A stretch of 64,000 nucleotides of DNA. Source: an uncultured Candidatus Saccharibacteria bacterium (GTDB lineage Bacteria; Patescibacteriota; Andersenbacteria; UBA10190). A program made the translations under genes and the position numbers. The notes beneath the pieces were generated by a model. The model was not told where the DNA came from, did not search any database, and saw only the letters and a list, made by a program, of their open reading frames with translations. The stretch spans positions 3,217-67,216 of the forward strand of contig CAYVFG010000003.1 in the NCBI GenBank assembly GCA_964450915.1, written 5' to 3'. How positions within the stretch are numbered: position 1 is the first letter of the stretch; every line of letters starts with the position of its first letter. Positions 57,356-64,000 of this stretch are shown here, one piece after another.

Positions 57356-57768
57356 ATAAGAAATATATAACGCGGATGTATGCATTTGTATTTGTTTCGA
57401 TGCTGCCTTTTGTCAGCTTTGCGCAAACCGGCGGTCTTATTAAGTGCGGTCCGGCAGGCCAACAGGGAAAGGATTGCACTATTGACGATTTTTTTACTCT
57501 TTTCGTAAATATTTTTAATTATCTGCTTGGCATGGGCGCCATCGTCGCGTTTCTATTTTTGATTTACGGTGGCATAAAAATGTTCCTCTATTCAGTAGAC
57601 GAGGAAAATCTTGCGGCAGGCAAAAAGACGGTCATAGAGGCATTGATTGGACTGGCTATTATATTGCTTGCGTACGTGCTCATTAATACGCTTCTTACTG
57701 TTTTGGGCGTTTCTAAGCCGGCAGATTATTTTAATGGCAATGCAGTCAGCGGAAGTGCGGTCAAATAG
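57352..57768 (+). CDS. TrbC/VirB2-like pilin (CPR type)
   Basis: Signal peptide, Cys pair, LIYGG...GKK.V..ALIGL.I...AY. Confidence 0.8.
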   Translation: MNKKYITRMYAFVFVSMLPFVSFAQTGGLIKCGPAGQQGKDCTIDDFFTLFVNIFNYLLGMGAIVAFLFLIYGGIKMFLYSVDEENLAAGKKTVIEALIGLAIILLAYVLINTLLTVLGVSKPADYFNGNAVSGSAVK

Positions 57769-57825
57769 TCATTGACATGCAACTTATCCCGTGGTAGGAT
57801 GTTTACTAGAGTTTGTTATTATTTT

Positions 57826-57835
57826 TAGGAGGTGA
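57826..57835 (+). promoter_or_regulatory. Extended Shine-Dalgarno of rpsU
   Basis: TAGGAGGTGA 9 nt before GTG; TTGACA-17-TAGGAT promoter upstream. Confidence 0.8.
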
Positions 57836-57844
57836 CTTTTTCCT

Positions 57845-58096
57845 GTGTTAGAAGTACAGAAACGTGATAATGAAAATTCCGAAGGATTAATCCGTCGGTT
57901 TTCTCGTGTTGTGCAACAAAGCGGAGTGTTGTTACAGGCGAAGAAAGTTCGGTACCACGAAAAAAAACAAAGCAAAATGAAAGTTCGTGAAGCTGCTCAA
58001 CGAAGAAGCGAGTTACAGACCGAGCGCGAACGAGCAATCAAAATGGGAGAAATAGACGAATTCGCATATCCTCAAAAGAAAGGCAAGCGTTTCTAA
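57845..58096 (+). CDS. rpsU: 30S ribosomal protein bS21
   Basis: EV.KR.NE..E.LIRRF.R.VQ.SG.L..AK..RY.EK; terminator 58111-58143. Confidence 0.85.
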   Translation: MLEVQKRDNENSEGLIRRFSRVVQQSGVLLQAKKVRYHEKKQSKMKVREAAQRRSELQTERERAIKMGEIDEFAYPQKKGKRF

Positions 58097-58172
58097 ATAG
58101 AGACCATTGTAAAACACCCCGGTACTCGCGGGGTGTTTTATTTTGTATTTATAGGTATAATGAAGAAACTAT

Positions 58173-58913
58173 ATGGCCAATGAACTTCCTCCCAATTTAC
58201 CGATCCCACCGATTCCTCCTGCAGGAGGCGCTCCCGCAACTGGATTTGATGTGCCGGACCCATTCGAGGATGTATCTTCGATGCCCGATAAAACAAGTCA
58301 GCCGAATCCGCTTATTGCGCCTCCGGAGGTTGATGAGTCTCTTGAAACTGACCAGCCCGTATTCGTAAAACCGGAAATGCCAACAAGAAAACGAAGTGCA
58401 AAAACCCTTGTTTTTATTGTGTTGGGAGTAGTCATTTTGCTTATCGCCGTGATTGCAGCTATTGCGATAAAAATGTTTTCAGGATCTTCTGTGCAAAAAA
58501 CAGCTGCGGACATTACGCCCACTCCGACAGTTGCTCCTGTTCAAAGCCAGCAGCCAGTAGCGGTGGAATCGAGCACGCCCCCTCCTACTTCCTCGGCTCA
58601 AATCGGTTCGGATGGCGATGACCCCGATAAGGATGGGGTAAATAATGCGGAGGAGCGGCTATATGGGACTGATCCAAATAATCCTGATACTGACGGAGAT
58701 GGGTATGATGACGGCGAAGAAGTGAAGAATGGGTATAACCCTCTTGGCCAAGGATCGCTTGATTCTGATAATGATGGGTTGACGGACCCGGTGGAGCGTA
58801 AAATGGGTACTGATCCGTTTAATCCTGATACTGACGGAGATGGATATTCGGATGGGGACGAGGTTGCGCACGGACACAACCCGCTTGTTCCTGCACCGAA
58901 CGACAAGCTGTAA
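58173..58913 (+). CDS. Membrane protein with bacterial TSP3 Ca-binding repeats
   Basis: [11 protein letters not shown] and D.D.DG....E..GTDP repeats. Confidence 0.85.
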   Translation: MANELPPNLPIPPIPPAGGAPATGFDVPDPFEDVSSMPDKTSQPNPLIAPPEVDESLETDQPVFVKPEMPTRKRSAKTLVFIVLGVVILLIAVIAAIAIKMFSGSSVQKTAADITPTPTVAPVQSQQPVAVESSTPPPTSSAQIGSDGDDPDKDGVNNAEERLYGTDPNNPDTDGDGYDDGEEVKNGYNPLGQGSLDSDNDGLTDPVERKMGTDPFNPDTDGDGYSDGDEVAHGHNPLVPAPNDKL

Positions 58914-58928
58914 TAGCGCATGTAATGT

Positions 58929-59360
58929 ATGACGCTTGAGTTGCAGTGTGAACAATTTCCACTTACGCATGAGCAGATAATGAAGCTATTAGATTGTGCA
59001 TGCGACAAGCTCGATATGCACGATAGTGGACATGTAACGCTGCGCTGTGTTGAAGTTGATGAAATAACAAATATGAACGCAACCTATCGACATAAAAATT
59101 CTCCGACAAATATACTGACGTTTTCATATGATGAGAATGAGCATGATATTGCTATTTGCATGAACGTTGCAGCCGATGAAGCGCGAGATCGAGGAGTTGA
59201 GCTTGCTGATTATGCAGCATTGCTTGTGACTCATGGATTCTTGCATGCACTGGGAATGGATCACGAAGCATCTGAAAAAGAGGAGCTAAAAACGGAAGAA
59301 TTAGAAAAGCAAATTCTGGCAGAGACAGGATTTGCTCCTGTAACATTATTTGCGGTATGA
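58929..59360 (+). CDS. ybeY: rRNA maturation endoribonuclease YbeY
   Basis: N..YR.K..PTN.L.F, HGFLHALGMDH. Confidence 0.92.
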   Translation: MTLELQCEQFPLTHEQIMKLLDCACDKLDMHDSGHVTLRCVEVDEITNMNATYRHKNSPTNILTFSYDENEHDIAICMNVAADEARDRGVELADYAALLVTHGFLHALGMDHEASEKEELKTEELEKQILAETGFAPVTLFAV

Positions 59361-59722
59361 AGCGTTGGCACAGGAGCAGGTCTTTTTTTGAAGCGCTAGC
59401 ATTTGCTCTTCGAGGAGTTGCAACTGCCATTTTGCGCGAGAGAAATATTCGTATACAGCTTTTTATTGGAACAATTATTTTGTTCATGATGATCTTGCTG
59501 CACGTATCTTTTTTGAATATGGGAATCGGCATTATTGCTATTTTGCTTGTCCTGGCCTTTGAGATGATAAATACCGCGCTTGAGTTGCTGTCTGACATGG
59601 TGCATCCGGAATACAGCGTTATTGTTCGGAATGTGAAGGATATTTCTGCAGGAGCAGTTCTTGTGGTTACTATCGCTGCCTGCGTTGTCGGGTTATTGAT
59701 TTTTCTTCCAATCCTTTTTTAG
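59357..59722 (+). CDS. dgkA: Diacylglycerol/undecaprenol kinase
   Basis: ERN, EMINTALE, KDISAGAV. Confidence 0.9.
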   Translation: MKRWHRSRSFFEALAFALRGVATAILRERNIRIQLFIGTIILFMMILLHVSFLNMGIGIIAILLVLAFEMINTALELLSDMVHPEYSVIVRNVKDISAGAVLVVTIAACVVGLLIFLPILF

Positions 59723-59749
59723 GTACAATAGGTATAGAATATTTTCATT

Positions 59750-60994
59750 ATGAACCGACCACACATATATACGGCGATTGATATTGGATCCAGTGCTGTT
59801 CGTGTTGTTGTTGCGCAAAAAAATCCTCAATCCGAGGAAGGGGAAGTAAAGATTCTCGGTGTCGGGAAAGCTGTTATGAGCGGAATGCAGAAAGGGGTTG
59901 TGACTGATGTGGAAGAAGCTGTCGCATGCCTAGGGACTGCTCTCGATGTCGCAGAGCGCATTTCTGGAATACCTGTAGAAAAGGCCGTAGTGAGCGTAAA
60001 TGGTGCGCACTTGGTGTCGCAAGAATTGCGCGGAGTTATTGCAATAAGCCGTGCGGATGGCGAGATTACTCCCGATGATGTTGATCGGGTTATTAACGCC
60101 GCTCAAGCGATATCTCTCCCGCCTAATCGAGAAATTATGCACATTTTGCCGCAAAATTATATTGTTGATGGGCAGGAGCATATTCAGGATTCTGTCGGGA
60201 TGACAGGGGTGCGTCTTGAGGTTGAGGCGCATGCAATTGTGGGATCCTCTCCTGCAATTAAAAACCTTACCAAAGTTGTGAATCAATCCGGTGTTCATAT
60301 TGATGAGTTTGTGTTCGCTCCGCTTGCAGCAGCGCTTGCCGTTCTTGAAAAACGCCAGAAGGAGTTAGGGGTGGTGCTTATTGATTTGGGAGCTGGGACG
60401 ACGAGCTTGGCGGTATATGAGGAAAGTATTTTGTTGCATACAAGCGTGTTGCCCGTAGGTGCATCGCATATTACGAATGATATTGCGATAGGTCTTCGCA
60501 CTTCAATAGAGATTGCGGAAGCCATTAAGCTATCTCACGGAACTGCTACAGTAGAAGGCATCTCTCAAAGCGATATGATTGTTGTCGAAGGTCAGGATGG
60601 TGAACAGGAATCCATTTCAAGAAAAGAAGTTGCTGAAATTATTTCCGATAGATTAGATGAGCTATTTTCTCACGTTGATCGCGAACTTAAAAATATAGGA
60701 CGATCCGGACTGCTGCCTGCCGGAGTGATATTGACGGGCGGAGGAGCGTACATGGATGGCATTGTTGAATTGGCAAAAAAGCGATTACGCTTGCCGGTAC
60801 GAATCGGCCATCCGAAAAAATTAGCCGGATTATCCGATCAAACAGATGGACCTGAATTTGCTGTCGCAATCGGGCTGATTGCGTTTGCGCTTGATCAAGA
60901 AGGCAAAGAAGTTTCTCATAAATCTCTATCTTTACCCGATATTAGCGGCACCGTCCAAAAGCTGAGAGATTGGACCAAGTCGTTCTTGCCATAA
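59750..60994 (+). CDS. ftsA: Cell division protein FtsA
   Basis: IDIGSS, IDLGAGTT, ITNDIA, LTGGG. Confidence 0.96.
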   Translation: MNRPHIYTAIDIGSSAVRVVVAQKNPQSEEGEVKILGVGKAVMSGMQKGVVTDVEEAVACLGTALDVAERISGIPVEKAVVSVNGAHLVSQELRGVIAISRADGEITPDDVDRVINAAQAISLPPNREIMHILPQNYIVDGQEHIQDSVGMTGVRLEVEAHAIVGSSPAIKNLTKVVNQSGVHIDEFVFAPLAAALAVLEKRQKELGVVLIDLGAGTTSLAVYEESILLHTSVLPVGASHITNDIAIGLRTSIEIAEAIKLSHGTATVEGISQSDMIVVEGQDGEQESISRKEVAEIISDRLDELFSHVDRELKNIGRSGLLPAGVILTGGGAYMDGIVELAKKRLRLPVRIGHPKKLAGLSDQTDGPEFAVAIGLIAFALDQEGKEVSHKSLSLPDISGTVQKLRDWTKSFLP

Positions 60995-61080
60995 AAAAAT
61001 ATTCGTGAACACAAAGTGTGTACGGGTTGTACACATATTGTTATTGACATTCTTTTTTTCGTTCGTACGATGAAGATGAT

Positions 61081-62319
61081 ATGCCACTAAAACGAGCCAG
61101 TATTGAAAACGTAGCAAACATCAAAGTTGTTGGTGTGGGCGGAGGCGGAAACGCTGCGCTTAACAGAATGGTTGAGGCGAACATTAAAGGTGTTGAATTT
61201 ATTGCGGTTAATACTGACGCACAAGCGCTTCATTATTCTGCAGCTCCTACAAAACTTCATATCGGACAAACTGTTACGAAGGGCTTGGGAGCGGGAATGA
61301 ATCCTCTTTTGGGGCAACAGGCTGCCGAAGAAAGCCGAGAAGAAATTTATGAATTGCTAAAAGGGGCTGACATGGTATTCATCGCTGCCGGATTTGGCGG
61401 CGGTTCCGGTTCCGGTGCAGGGCCTGTTGTGGCAGAAATTGCTCGCGAGGTAGGTGCTCTCACTGTTGCAGTTGTAACAAAGCCATTTTCATTTGAAGGT
61501 CAGCAGCGCATGACTATTGCAGAAGAAGCGCTTGCGGAATTGCAAAGCAGAGCGGATGCTTCTGTGGTTATTCCTAATGACAGGCTGCTGCAAATTATCG
61601 ATAAGAAAACAAGCCTCATTGATGCATTTCGAGTGGTGGACGACGTATTGCGACAGGGCGTTCAAGGTATCTCCGATTTGATTACTCACCATGGAATGGT
61701 CAACGTAGACTTTGCGGATATTAAGGCGATTATGCAAAATGCCGGATCTGCTCTTATGGGTATTGGAAAAGCTTCCGGGGAAAATAGGGCAGTGGAAGCT
61801 GCACGCGCAGCAATTGATAGCCCTATGCTCGACGTGACGATTGACGGCGCAAAAGGGATCGTGTTTAACATTACATCTGGCCCAGACCTTCGCATGTATG
61901 AAGTGGATGCTGCTGCTCGAACGATTACGGAGCATGCTGATCCGAATGCAAAGGTTATTTTTGGTGCAGTTATTGATTCGGACCAAGTAGAAGAAGGGGA
62001 GATTAAAATTACCGTTGTTGCTACTGGTTTTGATAAGCCGCAAGCGATTATCCGTCCTCGAAGTACGCCTGGCTATGCAACCAATCAGCAAGCTCAACAA
62101 CAGCAGCAGATGCCTCAAAACGAACCGCGAGTGCAGCCGATGCGATCTCCGTATGGCATGCCGTCTGTAAATTTATCTCAGCAAAATCAGCCTGCGCCAA
62201 AACCAAGAATCATGCCGATGCAGCAACAGCAGCAAGAAGATGAGGATCTGGAAGTGCCCACATTTATCCGCAGGAAAATGCGCGAGCGCAAGCAGAATCT
62301 CGGACAAGAAGAGGTTTAA
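61081..62319 (+). CDS. ftsZ: Cell division protein FtsZ
   Basis: [21 protein letters not shown]-terminal LEVPTFIR. Confidence 0.97.
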   Translation: MPLKRASIENVANIKVVGVGGGGNAALNRMVEANIKGVEFIAVNTDAQALHYSAAPTKLHIGQTVTKGLGAGMNPLLGQQAAEESREEIYELLKGADMVFIAAGFGGGSGSGAGPVVAEIAREVGALTVAVVTKPFSFEGQQRMTIAEEALAELQSRADASVVIPNDRLLQIIDKKTSLIDAFRVVDDVLRQGVQGISDLITHHGMVNVDFADIKAIMQNAGSALMGIGKASGENRAVEAARAAIDSPMLDVTIDGAKGIVFNITSGPDLRMYEVDAAARTITEHADPNAKVIFGAVIDSDQVEEGEIKITVVATGFDKPQAIIRPRSTPGYATNQQAQQQQQMPQNEPRVQPMRSPYGMPSVNLSQQNQPAPKPRIMPMQQQQQEDEDLEVPTFIRRKMRERKQNLGQEEV

Positions 62320-62350
62320 GTAGCTATACAACTCATGTAGGATTACAAGC

Positions 62351-63724
62351 ATGCGAGCTTCTGTTTGCATGCTTGTTGTTTCGTGGGTGGTTGGAATAAC
62401 TGCGGGAGTATTCCAAGCAGTTCCGGTTTTGGTTGGGGCTTGTGGGCTGACTATGGTGGCAATAGCATATTATATGCATCTTCGAACGCAATTTTTTATT
62501 GCAGTTATTGCACTGACCTATCTTGGATATATGTATGGCGGTTTTACTGTTCAGCCGCGCACCACTGTTTGCCAAGGAGAAACAGCCTCATATGCTACTC
62601 TCGATCACGCATACTCGATATCGTTCAATCAGGCACGATATGTGTTCAAAAGAAATGATGGATGTTCAATTTTGGTATACACCAATCGGTTCCCATTGCT
62701 TGTTGGCGGTACTCAGGCTCACATCAAGGGCTCGCAAGCTATTTCCTCGATATTTTTGCAAGACGATGGGATAGATTTAATTGTCCAGCATGCAGATATA
62801 GATATTTTACATAATGGGGGATCTGCAGTTGATGCATTAAGAATAAAAGGAATAGAGACGCTATCTCGCTATTTAAGCGAGCCCGATGCCTCGATTGCAA
62901 TCGGAATGTTGTTGGGGGACAGGGGTACGATATCGAAAAATGTTCAAGACGAATTTCGTGCAAGCGGAATAAGCCATGTGCTTTCCATTTCCGGGCTTCA
63001 TGTTTCTATTCTTGTGGGAATTCTCGCGCTACTGCTTCAGTTGTTACCGATTCCGCCTATATTCAGGGTTGGAATTATGGCCAGTGTTATGTGGGTGTAT
63101 ATAGCGAGCATCGGAGCTCCGTTGTCTGCGGTGCGAGCAGGCGTGTTCTGGACCCTCTACGCGCTCGCCTACCGGGCGCAAGTACTTATTGGCGCATCTA
63201 CGGTCCTTGTTGCTGTCCTGGCTCTTCTTATGACGTTTGATCCCCGAGCGATTTTATCGCCAGGATTTCAACTTTCCATGGCAGCCGTGACAGGAATTTT
63301 TCTTATGTTGCGTCTTATTTCTTTTCGCCTGCACCCTGTTTCGTCGCTCTTTTTTGTTTCCCTTGGAGCTACAATAGGAACACTCCCGCTCGTTGTGTAT
63401 TATTTCGGCGGAATTCCTACGCTGAGCATTTTAGTGAACATACTTATTGTTCCCATCACTCCCGCACTCTTAGTGGCTATTTTATTGGTGTTGGTGGGGA
63501 GTATAATTTCTCCTATCGTAGCCCTCTTTTTTTCGTATGTTGTTCATGTTCTGATTTTGTGGATAGTTGGAATCACATCTAGTGTCCAGCATATTCCCTA
63601 TGCGTATATTGATCACCTCGCCTTGCCTGGTTGGGGAGTTTTTGCTTTCTATGCGCTGCTTCTATTGATTGTGCTTCTTTATATGCATCATAGAAGAATG
63701 CATTTCCGAGAACTATGGATATAA
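62351..63724 (+). CDS. comEC: ComEC/Rec2 competence membrane domain
   Basis: F..SGISHVLSISGLHV, S.VRA, GFQLS. Confidence 0.9.
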   Translation: MRASVCMLVVSWVVGITAGVFQAVPVLVGACGLTMVAIAYYMHLRTQFFIAVIALTYLGYMYGGFTVQPRTTVCQGETASYATLDHAYSISFNQARYVFKRNDGCSILVYTNRFPLLVGGTQAHIKGSQAISSIFLQDDGIDLIVQHADIDILHNGGSAVDALRIKGIETLSRYLSEPDASIAIGMLLGDRGTISKNVQDEFRASGISHVLSISGLHVSILVGILALLLQLLPIPPIFRVGIMASVMWVYIASIGAPLSAVRAGVFWTLYALAYRAQVLIGASTVLVAVLALLMTFDPRAILSPGFQLSMAAVTGIFLMLRLISFRLHPVSSLFFVSLGATIGTLPLVVYYFGGIPTLSILVNILIVPITPALLVAILLVLVGSIISPIVALFFSYVVHVLILWIVGITSSVQHIPYAYIDHLALPGWGVFAFYALLLLIVLLYMHHRRMHFRELWI

Positions 63725-64000
63725 CAAGTGGAATTGTTTGGGGCGCCATACTCATTATCTGTTTTGTATTCATGTCTTCTGTTCCGCAGGAAGGGGTGGG
63801 TATTACGCGCTTTGATCCGAAACATGGAAATGCGCTTATCGTTCAAGACGGAACTATCCAAGTGCTTGTTGGCGGAGGAGGAGATGAAGCACTTCTAAGT
63901 TCACTTCCGGCGAAAATGTCTTGGTTTGATAAAAGGATTGAAGTTGTTATCGTCCCTACCTGGAAGCCAGAAGATGTTATGAGTCTTCTTTCGATTCTTG
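63715..64000 (+). CDS. Degenerate ComEC-type MBL domain protein (partial)
   Basis: Open to the window end: MDITSGIVWG..FDPKHGNALIV..VLVGGG..MSWFDKRIEVVIVPTWKPED. Confidence 0.65.
   Translation, partial: MDITSGIVWGAILIICFVFMSSVPQEGVGITRFDPKHGNALIVQDGTIQVLVGGGGDEALLSSLPAKMSWFDKRIEVVIVPTWKPEDVMSLLSIL

Noticed and set aside
58660-58870. Direct DNA repeat aatcctgatactgacggagatgg
   Set aside because: Explained by the TSP3 protein repeats
1-64000. Alternative genetic code (UGA=Gly)
   Set aside because: Long genes are uninterrupted under code 11, and TGA terminates genes such as copB and tatD

Overview
Chromosomal window from a small-genome bacterium, inferred to be Patescibacteria/CPR from its gene content (alpha2 GlyRS, type 2 IleRS, VirB2-like pilin, TrmB-family regulator, split ComEC, type 1 Idi, no outer-membrane genes in the window). 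Bases 1-16200 are accessory: Cu P-type ATPase, DUF305, orphan ParB, hypotheticals and a MarR-MFP-MFP-MFS efflux operon. The rest is housekeeping: five aminoacyl-tRNA synthetases, recO, tgt, rarA, mutY, parAB, topA, dprA, mfd, pth, ftsAZ, comEC and tRNA-Leu(CAA). I saw no CRISPR array, transposase, integrase or rRNA. The most interesting signals are non-coding. (1) Two clusters of three tandem, separately promoted, structured small-RNA/small-ORF units lie at 22310-23530 (-) and 52378-52960 (+), and a solo structured RNA lies at 5285-5400; one unit is a 102-nt rod with an anti-Shine-Dalgarno-like loop. (2) Translation looks two-tier: core genes appear leaderless, while accessory small genes and rpsU carry strong SD sequences (rpsU: TAGGAGGTGA), suggesting bS21/anti-SD control. 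(3) REP-like GC hairpins are embedded in frame in several coding genes. (4) Metal-cofactor motifs are lost repeatedly (TGT Zn, MutY FeS, RecO Zn finger, ComEC MBL). Start codons were refined by eye, and all family assignments come from motif recognition, not database searches.
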